A stretch of DNA of 64,000 nucleotides from Deltaproteobacteria bacterium (GTDB taxonomy: Bacteria > Myxococcota_A > Polyangia > Polyangiales > Houyiibacteriaceae): contig JAXMNT010000014.1 in assembly GCA_034670305.1 (NCBI GenBank), positions 87,440 to 151,439 of the forward strand. The letters are read 5' to 3'. The notes beneath the pieces are model-generated. The model had not been told where the DNA came from, did no database searches, and was given only the letters and a program-made list of their open reading frames with translations. Positions 17,544-26,732 of the stretch are shown here, one piece after another. A program made the position numbers and the translations under genes. The first letter of the stretch is position 1, and every line of letters starts with the position of its first letter.

Positions 17544-17981
17544 TCAGGGCGGACCTGGCGCGTAGGGCATCAACAGGAGGTTGGGGTCGGTCACTTCTTG
17601 GGTGGCCGTCGGTTCGGTTGCACCGGCTTCTGCACCTGCGGGCGCCGGCGGGGGTTCCTGCCTGGCCGGGGTGTTCACGGTCGGCATCTCCTCGGGCGCG
17701 GGTGGGGTCTCTCCGATCGGGGGCGGCGGCTCGACCACGGGGTTGGAAGTCTCGACGGTCTCTGGCTCCGGGTCGGCCGGGACGTTGACGTGGGGAGGCG
17801 CGGGCGTGTTGACCATGTCCCGTTCGGTCGGACCACATCCGACCGCGAGCCCACCGGCAGGCGCGGCCACGAGAAGCGCCGTGCCGATCGCGAACCGGAG
17901 CCGCTTGCGCTTCTTCGCGCGGGCGGGCGCCCTGCGCGTCTGTTTCTTCTGCGATGGCTGCTTGCTGCGTGTCTTGTTCAT
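17544..17981 (-). CDS. Pro/Glu-rich lipoprotein, paralogue B
   Basis: MNKTRSK...KKRKRLRFAIGTALLVAAPAGGLAVGC lipobox; near-identical N-terminus to 18082..18558. Confidence 0.8.
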   Translation of the reverse strand: MNKTRSKQPSQKKQTRRAPARAKKRKRLRFAIGTALLVAAPAGGLAVGCGPTERDMVNTPAPPHVNVPADPEPETVETSNPVVEPPPPIGETPPAPEEMPTVNTPARQEPPPAPAGAEAGATEPTATQEVTDPNLLLMPYAPGPP

Positions 17982-18081
17982 GCGTCTTCCCATCCCAGCG
18001 GCGGTGAATTGGCCAAGAGTCCGGTGAAAGACCGCTCTCGACAACGCTTGGAGCCGACGCTCGCGCCTCCGGGATCGTCGC

Positions 18082-18558
18082 TCAAAGCTCGGGTTCGTCG
18101 CGCGACGGGCGCACGTTGGTGCGCTCCTGTGGCGGGGGCGGAAGGACCATCGGGACCGGGTTGCTCCTGTGCGTCGGGGTGGTGCCCCTCCCATCGTCCA
18201 CGGGCTCTGTTTCGGGATCGGTCTCGGGCTCAGGCTCGGTCTCCGGCTCCACCACGGGCGGCGGTTCCTCGCCGGTTGGGTTGGCCGTCTCCATGGGCTC
18301 GATCGGCACGACCGGGTTGGAGGTCTCCACGCTCTCCGGTTCCGGATCCGGCGGCACGTTGATGTTCTCCGGCGCAGGCGTATTGACCATGTCCCCCTCG
18401 TCGGGGCCACAGCCCACCGCGAACCCGCCGGCCGGCGCCGCCACGAGGAGCGCGGTGCCGATCGCGAAGCGGAGGCGCTTGCGCTTCTTCGGCCGAGCCG
18501 CCGCCTCGCGGGTCTGCTTCTTCTTCTGCGATGGCTTCTTGGTGCGTGTCTCGCTCAT
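18082..18558 (-). CDS. Pro/Glu-rich lipoprotein, paralogue A
   Basis: GGGAG upstream; MSETRTK...KKRKRLRFAIGTALLVAAPAGGFAVGC lipobox. Confidence 0.8.
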   Translation of the reverse strand: MSETRTKKPSQKKKQTREAAARPKKRKRLRFAIGTALLVAAPAGGFAVGCGPDEGDMVNTPAPENINVPPDPEPESVETSNPVVPIEPMETANPTGEEPPPVVEPETEPEPETDPETEPVDDGRGTTPTHRSNPVPMVLPPPPQERTNVRPSRDEPEL

Positions 18559-18652
18559 GCGTGCTCCCCGATGACCCACGCGCGGTGGGTGTTGGTCGAT
18601 GGTCCAGGGAAAGACCCTTCTCGGCAAGCATGTCTTGGGATAGACGGTCGCG

Positions 18653-18877
18653 ATGGAACTCTCAGACGACGAGCGTGAAGAGCTGCGCGAGATCTTCGAC
18701 CACTTCGACACCGACTCGAACGGGGTCATCGACCGGGAAGAGTTCCGGAAGATGCTCCTGAGCATGGACGGCAAGTTTCCCGAGAGCGACATCGCGCAAG
18801 GGCTGATGGCGCTCGACGGAGACTCGAACGGCGTGATCGACTGGGACGAGTTCGTCGAATGGTGGTGCGGCCGCTAG
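18653..18877 (+). CDS. Small two-EF-hand calmodulin-like protein
   Basis: DTDSNGVIDREE and DGDSNGVIDWDE canonical EF loops. Confidence 0.92.
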   Translation: MELSDDEREELREIFDHFDTDSNGVIDREEFRKMLLSMDGKFPESDIAQGLMALDGDSNGVIDWDEFVEWWCGR

Positions 18878-18965
18878 CAGGTCGCTGAAGAGCGACCTGC
18901 TCCCTTGCCGTTGCCCGTGCCCGTGCCCTTGCCCGCGTCGTGGACGCCGTGTGTTTCGCGACGGC

Positions 18966-20480
18966 CTAGAAGCCGGCGTCGCCGGGCTGGCCTTCGACCG
19001 GCTCCGAACCCGCGGCATCTTCGACGGGCTCCGAACCCATGCCGCCCTCGACCGGTTCCGAACCCGCGCCGCCTTCGACCGGGCCCGTGCCCGTGTCGCC
19101 GAATGCCGGTGCGGCCTCGGGCTGCGCGACTTCGGGCTCCGGCTCCGGTGTGATGTCGGGCTCCGGCTCGACTTCGGGCTCCGGCTCCACGAACGCCGAC
19201 GATCGGTACTCCACGCCGCCCTCGCCTTCGCGGGTTTCACCGCGGCCGAAGTGGTAGGAGAAGTCGACGTAGATGCCGCTGAGCTTGATGGAGTACTCGC
19301 CGGCTTCACCGCACGACAGGCACCCATCGCGTCCATCGATGTCCTCCGGCGTGATCGTCGTGCTGCCGGTTCGGAAGGCGTACGCCACGTTCAGCTGCCA
19401 GGGGCCGGCGTTGTAGCCGAGTCCTGCCGTCGCGACGTAGGTCGGCGCAGGCGGGGTGCCGAACGCGGTCGGGTACGCGCGGTTCGACGTCTGCTGGTCC
19501 CAGATGAAGCCGAGCCGAATCGGCAGCTTGCCTTCGAGCAACCGGTACTCGGCGCCGAGGCGCACGGTCCAGGCGTTGGTCCAGTCCGAGATCTGCGTCA
19601 CGTCGATGACGCCGCGGCCGCCCGCCTCTTCGAGTTGGCCGCGCGGGTTCTGCGACTGCAGCCCGTACTCGGCGTCCACGGCCACGCCGAACGCGCCGTA
19701 GTCCATGCGGCCGCCCATGCTCAAACGACTCGGCAGGGTGAAACTCCCGACCCAGGCGGTCTCGGCGCTCTCGTCGAAGAGGAAACCCTGCCCCTCCACG
19801 TCGGTGGTGGTCTTGTGGCGGTACGCGAGACCGACCGAGAAGTGGTCGAGGAACTTGTACTGGGCGCCGACCCGAAAGCCGGCGTAGCTCAGCCCGGACA
19901 GATCGAACGCGGCCGCGGTGCCCTGGTCTCTCGACCGGTCAAGGCTCGCGTAAGTCACGCGGTAGCCCGCACCAAAGCTGAGCCCGGTGTCCGGGATCTC
20001 GACCGCGACGCCCGGAGAGATCTCCAGGAAGAAGAGCGTCGTCTGGTCGATGCCTCCGTCGTACTCGTACGTCGCGCCAGCCGACGCGACCGGATACACC
20101 GCGAGCCCGACCGTGAGCCAGTCGGTGATGCGACCGGAACCACCCACGAGGAAGAACGGACCGACCGTCGTGTTCGACGTGAGGTTCTGGTTGTCCTCGG
20201 CCGGGTTGCCCGTGATGGTCCCGACGAGGAGCGAGAAGTCGCCCATCAACGTCAGCCGATCGGTGCCGCTGAGCCCTGCCGGGTTGTGAAAGAGCGCCGA
20301 AGGATCGTCGACGTACGAAACCGCGGTGCCACCCATGCCCATGTGGCGCGCGGAGTAGAGCATCGGGGTGTCGTACCCGCCCGCCTTCGCCTGCGAGGGC
20401 GCGAGCAGTCCCACCGTGGTGAGTGCGAAGAGGGCCGCGGCCATCCACCGGGCCGGCGTCGCGGCTGTTGCGTTCATCAT
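18966..20480 (-). CDS. OmpP1/FadL-family outer-membrane transporter
   Basis: Signal peptide; SARHMGMGG...DDPSALFHNPAGL N-terminal signature; beta-barrel strands; acidic C-terminal extension. Confidence 0.85.
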   Translation of the reverse strand: MMNATAATPARWMAAALFALTTVGLLAPSQAKAGGYDTPMLYSARHMGMGGTAVSYVDDPSALFHNPAGLSGTDRLTLMGDFSLLVGTITGNPAEDNQNLTSNTTVGPFFLVGGSGRITDWLTVGLAVYPVASAGATYEYDGGIDQTTLFFLEISPGVAVEIPDTGLSFGAGYRVTYASLDRSRDQGTAAAFDLSGLSYAGFRVGAQYKFLDHFSVGLAYRHKTTTDVEGQGFLFDESAETAWVGSFTLPSRLSMGGRMDYGAFGVAVDAEYGLQSQNPRGQLEEAGGRGVIDVTQISDWTNAWTVRLGAEYRLLEGKLPIRLGFIWDQQTSNRAYPTAFGTPPAPTYVATAGLGYNAGPWQLNVAYAFRTGSTTITPEDIDGRDGCLSCGEAGEYSIKLSGIYVDFSYHFGRGETREGEGGVEYRSSAFVEPEPEVEPEPDITPEPEPEVAQPEAAPAFGDTGTGPVEGGAGSEPVEGGMGSEPVEDAAGSEPVEGQPGDAGF

Positions 20481-20555
20481 GCGTTCATCCTCGGTGTCTC
20501 GGGTCATGGCCGCCCGAGCCTAGCACTGCCGACCGCCCACGCGATCCGCCAGCTT

Positions 20556-20700
20556 GGCTTCGGCTTCTTCGGCTTCGGCTCCGGCGTCGGCGTCGGCGTC
20601 CGCGTCGGCTTCGGCTTCGGCGTCGGCTTCGGCGTCGGCTTCGGCGTCGGCGTCGGCTTCGGCTTCGGCGTCGGGTTGCGGCTTCGGCGTCGGCTCCGGC
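20556..20700. repeat. Hexamer microsatellite (GGCTTC/GGCGTC)n
   Basis: Visible tandem hexamers between divergent genes. Confidence 0.9.
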
Positions 20701-20813
20701 CGCCAACGGCGGCGCATCTGGGCCCGTCTGGTTGACCGTTGGCGGTTGAAAGGCGAGGTTGCGGCGGTCAATCCGGTCCGCACCGCACCAGGACCGCAGA
20801 GGGTGGAGTCGCC

Positions 20814-21758
20814 ATGATCAGGGTCTGCAAGTCGTCGTTCGTTCTCATTGCCGCCTTCGGGCTCGTCGCCTGTGGCGCGAACGATGGGCGCCGCCCGACC
20901 CGCGACGGCGGCGTTTCGGACGGAGCCGCCGGCGATGCGATGCGGCGGGACGTGGGTGAGTGCGAGCCGACCGGCAACGAGGGCACCGTCGAGACCTGCA
21001 CGGACGGGCTCGACAACAACTGCGACGGCCGCCTGGACTGCAGTGATCTCGCCTGCTCCGGCGTCGGCGAATGTCCGGTGTGCGGCGAGGTCGAGACCCC
21101 GCTGGGCGCACCGCTCGCGCTGCCGGACGGGGTCGGCGGCACCGACTGCACCTCGGATGCGTCCTGCCCCGGCGAGCAGCGCTGCTTCACGACCGATGCC
21201 CCCGACATGGAGTGCCGCGAGTCGTACCGCTCGACGCTCGACTTCATCGGCTTCGGTCCCGCCATCTTCGACTCCGTGAACGACATCCGCTCGGTCTGCG
21301 TGACGATGGAGCACTCCTGGCTCCGCGACCTCGAGATCACGCTCGAAGCCCCGAACGGCCAGCGGGTCCGTCTGCAGGAGTTCCTCGGCCAAGAAGGCGG
21401 CGAGATCTACCTTGGCCAGGCCGACGACTGCGACGACAGCGGTTCCCCCACGCCGGGCACCGGCGCGCACTACTGCTGGACCCCGACCGCGACCCGCCAA
21501 TCGATGCTCGACTACGCCAACGCGGGCGGCGCGATGGACTCCGCACCCGACTGCCTCTTCGGAGGCGACACCGACATGATGCCGCCGGGCGACTACTCGG
21601 CCGCCGACGACTGGTCCAACCTCATCGGCACTCCGCTGAACGGCAACTGGACCCTCTCGGTCACCGATCTCTGGGGCAGCGACAACGGCTACATCTTCGA
21701 CTGGTCGATCTCGTTCGACCCCGTGACCGTCGAAGACTGCTCGTCACCGCTTATCTAA
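20814..21758 (+). CDS. Cys-rich lipoprotein with proprotein-convertase P-like domain
   Basis: LVAC lipobox; CTDGLDNNCDGRLDC repeat; MEHSWLRDLEITLEAPNG and NGNWTLSVTD..DNGYIFDWSI. Confidence 0.85.
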   Translation: MIRVCKSSFVLIAAFGLVACGANDGRRPTRDGGVSDGAAGDAMRRDVGECEPTGNEGTVETCTDGLDNNCDGRLDCSDLACSGVGECPVCGEVETPLGAPLALPDGVGGTDCTSDASCPGEQRCFTTDAPDMECRESYRSTLDFIGFGPAIFDSVNDIRSVCVTMEHSWLRDLEITLEAPNGQRVRLQEFLGQEGGEIYLGQADDCDDSGSPTPGTGAHYCWTPTATRQSMLDYANAGGAMDSAPDCLFGGDTDMMPPGDYSAADDWSNLIGTPLNGNWTLSVTDLWGSDNGYIFDWSISFDPVTVEDCSSPLI

Positions 21759-21949
21759 CTGCCAATACGCGCCTGGCTCGCTTCGCGAGTGGCGGCCCCA
21801 TGTTCGCGCCCGTCTTTCTGAAGGGAAACGTGCTCGCCGCGGAGGCGAAGGGCCTCCTTCACCCAGTGCACCGAACGTTCCTGTGCATGACTCGTATGCA
21901 CTTGTGGGAGACTCACCGAGTCGCGCATGAGCGCCTCCGTTCCTCCAAC

Positions 21950-22774
21950 ATGGATACCCCCACCTTGACTCGATTGCTCTGCGTCAGCGCCCTCGCCCTC
22001 ACCCTCTTTGCTTGCACAGACGACACACCCACATGCGGTGTCGTTGGTTCCACCCAGACTTGTGTCTGTCCCGGCGGGGCGTCGGGTGCCCAGACATGCC
22101 AAGCCGACGGCACGTTCGGCGTGTGCAGGTGTTCGGGGATGGACGCGGGAGGCAGCGTCGATTCGGGTACGGATGCCGCGTGCATCCCCAGCTGTGGCGC
22201 ACGTGTGTGTGGCGACGATGGCTGCGGTGGGGTGTGTGGTGAGTGCACGGCGCCCGAGACATGCTCGCCGGGCGGCACCTGTGCGTGTGTCCCCAGCTGC
22301 GGCGGCGCCGCGTGTGGAGCGGACGATGGGTGTGGGGGCGTGTGCGAAGAGGGCACCTGCTCGGGCGACGCGACCTGCATGGCGGGTGCGTGCATGATCG
22401 AACGCTGCTTGACCGAGTGCATGGATGCAATCCACTGCGACGCCGCCCTCGAAGATTCCTACTCGTGCCTCTACTACCCAGACGGAGTTCAGGGAGGCTG
22501 CACAGGGTTCATGCGGGATCCATCGAACCCGAGCTGCGAGTTCGAAGCTTGTCCAGAGGGCTTCACGTGCCGCGGCTTTGCGTGCAACCGCAACTGTGAG
22601 ACCGCGGCGGACTGCGGTCCCGGCCAGACGTGTGTGGGCGTCAACGGCCCACCCACCCCTTCGGTCCCGAGACACTGCGCGGTCCGGCTGACGGTCCCGC
22701 CCGAGAGTGGCCCGTGTGGACCGGACGGGAGCTGCGCCGACGGCACCCAGTGCCAGGCCGTCCCCGCGCCTTAA
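21950..22774 (+). CDS. Cys-rich lipoprotein
   Basis: LFAC lipobox; CIPSCGARVCGDDGCGGVCG repeats typical of myxobacterial surface proteins. Confidence 0.8.
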   Translation: MDTPTLTRLLCVSALALTLFACTDDTPTCGVVGSTQTCVCPGGASGAQTCQADGTFGVCRCSGMDAGGSVDSGTDAACIPSCGARVCGDDGCGGVCGECTAPETCSPGGTCACVPSCGGAACGADDGCGGVCEEGTCSGDATCMAGACMIERCLTECMDAIHCDAALEDSYSCLYYPDGVQGGCTGFMRDPSNPSCEFEACPEGFTCRGFACNRNCETAADCGPGQTCVGVNGPPTPSVPRHCAVRLTVPPESGPCGPDGSCADGTQCQAVPAP

Positions 22775-23829
22775 GCCTCGCGCGCTTCGGCCGCCGGTTG
22801 GGTCACGCCGTCGCGGCTGGCCCACCAGTCGGCGAGCACCGGCCAGAGCTTGCGGTGCGCGCTCGAGCTCACGACCGCGCCGACGTGCCCGCCCGGCAGG
22901 TGGGTGTGGGTGAGGTCTTCGCTGGATGCGCGTTCCACGAGCGGCAGCGCGCTCTTCTTCGGCACGATGGTGTCGTGTTCGAACGTGAGCACGTGCATCG
23001 GCATCGCCAGCGTTTCCAGATGCACCGGGTGCCCGTCGAGTTCGAGGGTGCCGCGCATGAGCGCGTCCTCGCGGTAGAACTTCTGCACCCACGCGCGGAA
23101 GAGTTCGCCGGGCAAGGACACGTTGTCGTTCGCCCAGCGCTCCTTCGCGAAGAAGCCATCGAGCATGTCGTCGGTCCACTCCGCGTCGTGGCGCGCGCGG
23201 CCGAGCAAGAACATCGCCTTCGAAGGCGAGAGTAGAGGCTGCGCCAAGGTGAACGCGGTCTGCAGGAGCGTGGACGGAGCGTTGCCGAGCCCGCCGACGA
23301 ACGCATCCACGTCGAAGTCCGGGTGTCGGGTCCAGCGCGCGAGCACCGTGTCGTCGTCCTCGAACGCGACCGGTGCCGCGAGCGTGGTCAAAGACGCGAT
23401 GCGCTCCGGATGCACCGCGGCGTGCACCGTGGTCAGCGTGCCGCCCATGCAGTAGCCGAGAAGGTGTGCCTTCGGTGCCCCGCTGTGTTTGCACGCGCGG
23501 CGGAGCACACGGCCGATCGCCGTGCCGACCAGATCGTCGAACGAGGTGAACCGGTCCTCCGGCGCGGGCTGGCCCCAGTCGACCACGTAGACCTCGTGGC
23601 CGCGCGCGACGAGCCACTCGACCAGGCTGCGTCCGGGCGCGAGGTCGAGCACGTACCAGCGGTTGATGAGCGAAGGCACCATGACGATCGGCGTCTGGTA
23701 CCGGCGCTCGGTCGGCACGAAACGCAGGAGGCGCCAGCGGCGCTCGGCGTGCACGACCTCGTGACGGGTCTGCGCGACCTCGGGCTTCGGCCGGCGCAAG
23801 AGCCCGGCGAGGTTCTTCCACATCGCCAT
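22771..23829 (-). CDS. phaC: PHA synthase PhaC subunit (class III/IV-type size)
   Basis: PIVMVPSLINRWYVLDL, YVVDWG, GYCMGG (catalytic Cys), HDTIVP, GGHVG. Confidence 0.88.
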   Translation of the reverse strand: MAMWKNLAGLLRRPKPEVAQTRHEVVHAERRWRLLRFVPTERRYQTPIVMVPSLINRWYVLDLAPGRSLVEWLVARGHEVYVVDWGQPAPEDRFTSFDDLVGTAIGRVLRRACKHSGAPKAHLLGYCMGGTLTTVHAAVHPERIASLTTLAAPVAFEDDDTVLARWTRHPDFDVDAFVGGLGNAPSTLLQTAFTLAQPLLSPSKAMFLLGRARHDAEWTDDMLDGFFAKERWANDNVSLPGELFRAWVQKFYREDALMRGTLELDGHPVHLETLAMPMHVLTFEHDTIVPKKSALPLVERASSEDLTHTHLPGGHVGAVVSSSAHRKLWPVLADWWASRDGVTQPAAEAREA

Positions 23830-23831
23830 GG

Positions 23832-25526
23832 TCAGCCCGGCTCCTCGTAGAGCGCCGCGAGCCGCTCCCCGAAGCGTTCGTAGATCGCCTTGCGACGGAT
23901 CTTCAACGTCGGGGTGAGCAGCCCGTCTTCGACCGTGAGCGGCTCGTCGATCACCGCGAACTTCTTGATCGTCTCGAACCGCGCGAGCTGTGCGTTGACC
24001 CGATCGATGCGGGACTGAACGAGCGCGTCCCGCGCGGCCAGCCGTTCGTCCGCCGCGACGCCGTCGAGCTTCTTGGCGATCGCGGCCTCGTCGATCCAGA
24101 CCCCCGCCACGAGGTACTTGCGCGCGTCGCCGTAGACGACGACCTGGGTGACGTAGGGGTCGGCGGCGAAGCGGGTCTCGATGTTGGTCGGGGCCACGTT
24201 CTTGCCACCCGCGGTCACGAGAATGTCCTTCTTGCGGCCGATGATCTGAAGGAAGCCGTCTTCGGTGAACCGGCCGAGGTCGCCGGTGCGAAAGAAGCCG
24301 TCTTCGTCGAACGCGGCCGCGGTGGCTTCGGGGTTGTCGTGGTAGCCGCCGAAGATGCTCGGCCCGCGCGCGAGGATCTCTCCGTCGTCTCCGAGTTTGA
24401 GCTCGACCGAAGGAAACGGCTTGCCGACCGAGTCGAAACGAAACGCGCCCGGCCGGTTGAGCGTGAGCGTGGGCGAACATTCGGTGAGGCCATAGCCCTC
24501 GAGCAGGAGCACATCCTGCGTGAAGAAGAAGTCCTTCACCCCGCGGTCGAGCCCCGCGCCGCCGCTCAGACAGAACCGCAGCCGGCCGCCCGTCACCCGC
24601 GCGAACTCGGTCGCGGCGTCCGGCGCCTTCTGGGACCACGTCGCGAGCTTCTCCCATACACTCGGCACACTCATGAAGACGTGCGGGCGCACCCGCGGAA
24701 GGTCGTCCATCACTTGCTTCGGATCGCTCAAGTAGCTGACCCAGCCGAGCTGGTTGCCGGCGCCCGCTTCTCCGTAGCCGAAGATGTGGCTCATCGGCAG
24801 CCAGAGCAAATCCACCGCGCCTTCGTCGAGTCGCTCGGCGTTGTTCTCGAGCCAGTCGCGCCCGTTGACGCCGACGTTGCGGTGGGTGAGCGGCACCCCC
24901 TTCGGTGGTCCGCTCGTGCCGCTGGTGTAGAGCATGATCGCCGGCTGATCGAGGTCGATCGCCGCGAGCTTCGCGTCGAGCGCGCCCGGATCCTCCGCCG
25001 CGACGGCCGCGCCTTTGGCACGCAGCATCGACCAGGTGAGCACCCGCTTCGCAAGCGCCGGCACCCGCTCTTCGAACCCGGCCCGAAGCCGCCCGGCGAG
25101 CCCGTCCTCGAAGACGACGAACGCGTCCACGTCGGCGCAATGCTCAGCCGCTTCGACGATGCGGTCGATGAGCGGCGCGGTGTCGACGAAGAGCACCTTG
25201 GCGCCGCTGTGCCCCACCACATACGCCGCCTGTTCGGCGGTGCTCGACCCGTAGATCGGCACCATCACGCCGCCGGCGGCCTGGATGCCGAGCGCGGCCG
25301 AGAGCCACTCGACGCGGTTGGGCGCGAAGATGCACGCGCGGGCACCCGGTGCGATCGGCAGGCCGAGCGCGACGTCGCGGATCTGTTCGGCGAACGTGCG
25401 CCAGGTCACCGGCTGCCAGGCGTCGCCGTCGGGCACCATGAACCGCGCCTGCTCGCCGCGCGCTTCGAGGTGGTCGAAGATCACCGCGGGGGCGGGACGG
25501 ATCGCGAGGTAAGGAGAGACGTCCAT
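23832..25526 (-). CDS. Long-chain acyl-CoA synthetase (AMP-forming)
   Basis: [48 protein letters not shown]. Confidence 0.93.
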   Translation of the reverse strand: MDVSPYLAIRPAPAVIFDHLEARGEQARFMVPDGDAWQPVTWRTFAEQIRDVALGLPIAPGARACIFAPNRVEWLSAALGIQAAGGVMVPIYGSSTAEQAAYVVGHSGAKVLFVDTAPLIDRIVEAAEHCADVDAFVVFEDGLAGRLRAGFEERVPALAKRVLTWSMLRAKGAAVAAEDPGALDAKLAAIDLDQPAIMLYTSGTSGPPKGVPLTHRNVGVNGRDWLENNAERLDEGAVDLLWLPMSHIFGYGEAGAGNQLGWVSYLSDPKQVMDDLPRVRPHVFMSVPSVWEKLATWSQKAPDAATEFARVTGGRLRFCLSGGAGLDRGVKDFFFTQDVLLLEGYGLTECSPTLTLNRPGAFRFDSVGKPFPSVELKLGDDGEILARGPSIFGGYHDNPEATAAAFDEDGFFRTGDLGRFTEDGFLQIIGRKKDILVTAGGKNVAPTNIETRFAADPYVTQVVVYGDARKYLVAGVWIDEAAIAKKLDGVAADERLAARDALVQSRIDRVNAQLARFETIKKFAVIDEPLTVEDGLLTPTLKIRRKAIYERFGERLAALYEEPG

Positions 25527-25527
25527 C

Positions 25528-25869
25528 TCACGCTCCGTCGGTGGAGGCGCCGCGCGCGGCTTCGAGATCCTCGAGCTTCTCTTCGAGGTCGATGAGCCGG
25601 CTCTGCAGCTCGTCGATCGCACGCAGGGTGCGGACTTGGTCTTGCTGTGTCGCCAGCCCGAAGCCGCCCCACCAATCGCGCAGGAAACGCTGCTGCTTGC
25701 GCTGCGCCCGCGTGACCAAACCAAGCACTTTGCCGGCCGGTGCGAACGTCGAAGCACTGCCGAGCATGGACTCGAAGAGGGGGGCCGCGGCGGTTTCCCA
25801 GGCGCGGTAGGTCTGCTCGAAGAGCGACCAGGGATCGGGGGTCTCGTGCGGGTCGTTGGGCTGGGTCAT
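25528..25869 (-). CDS. Short PhaE-like PHA synthase partner subunit (putative)
   Basis: GLATQQDQ...[18 protein letters not shown] coiled coil resembles the PhaE C-terminus; co-transcribed with phaC. Confidence 0.6.
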   Translation of the reverse strand: MTQPNDPHETPDPWSLFEQTYRAWETAAAPLFESMLGSASTFAPAGKVLGLVTRAQRKQQRFLRDWWGGFGLATQQDQVRTLRAIDELQSRLIDLEEKLEDLEAARGASTDGA

Positions 25870-25892
25870 GGGTCTCGTACCTGGTTGGCGAA

Positions 25893-26732
25893 TCACTCGA
25901 GGGAGAGGCGGCGCAGCTCGCTGGCCACGTCGAAGTCGGGGTTGGTCTCGTCGGGGCGGCTGGTGGCACGCGCGACCTCGCCGAAGCACTCGAAGAGCCA
26001 GCTCACCTGGCGGCGGCTGGTCGGTGCGCCGACGGTCGGTTCCACGGTGACGCGGGTGTCGACGCGGTGCGCTTGGTCGAAGCTCAGGTCGGGCAGCTCG
26101 AGCCGCCCGGTGCCGACCACGCGCACTTCGTAGACGTCGCGTCCCGCGTAGGGCAGACCGAGCAGGGTGCCGCCCGACACCTCGCCAACCGACACGTGTT
26201 CCGAGCCGGCTTCGATCGGGAAGCGGTAGAGCAGCACCGGCGCGGTGTAGACGAGCAAGGTCTGTCCGGAAGCCGGCGCCTCTTCGCGGCTCGCGACACC
26301 GTGCAAACGCAAACCGTCCGGGTCGTGGGTGTAGACCCCGAGCGTGTTGCCCGCCGCGTCCACCGGCGCGGCGAACTCACCAGCCGGGAACGAGTCCGCG
26401 AACCAGTGATCGCCGAGCGCACTGGCTTCGATGCGGGCGATTCCGTCGTCGGCGAAGTCGAGTGAGAGGTCCCAGACCCGCTGCTCGTCGATCACCGTGC
26501 CGACCACGTTCACGGCGCGCTCGGTGCCAGGCGGGTTGACGACCAGCCCGACCGGGATGCCGAGCGCCGGTTGGATCTCGACCGCGTCGATGCGGCCGTC
26601 GAGGTTCGGGATGCACTCGAGCCCGCCCGCGTCCGGACCGACGAATGCGTCGCGGATGGGGAAGGTCTGGTTGGTATTGCAGGCGAGCAAGAGCAGCCCG
26701 GCGAGCGCGACCGTGGGGGTTCGGAACGTCAT
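25893..26732 (-). CDS. Lipoprotein of unknown function (paralogue of 29520..30476)
   Basis: LLAC lipobox; CIPNLDGRI, WDLSLDF, WF, GVAS, FP, ECFGEVA blocks. Confidence 0.8.
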   Translation of the reverse strand: MTFRTPTVALAGLLLLACNTNQTFPIRDAFVGPDAGGLECIPNLDGRIDAVEIQPALGIPVGLVVNPPGTERAVNVVGTVIDEQRVWDLSLDFADDGIARIEASALGDHWFADSFPAGEFAAPVDAAGNTLGVYTHDPDGLRLHGVASREEAPASGQTLLVYTAPVLLYRFPIEAGSEHVSVGEVSGGTLLGLPYAGRDVYEVRVVGTGRLELPDLSFDQAHRVDTRVTVEPTVGAPTSRRQVSWLFECFGEVARATSRPDETNPDFDVASELRRLSLE

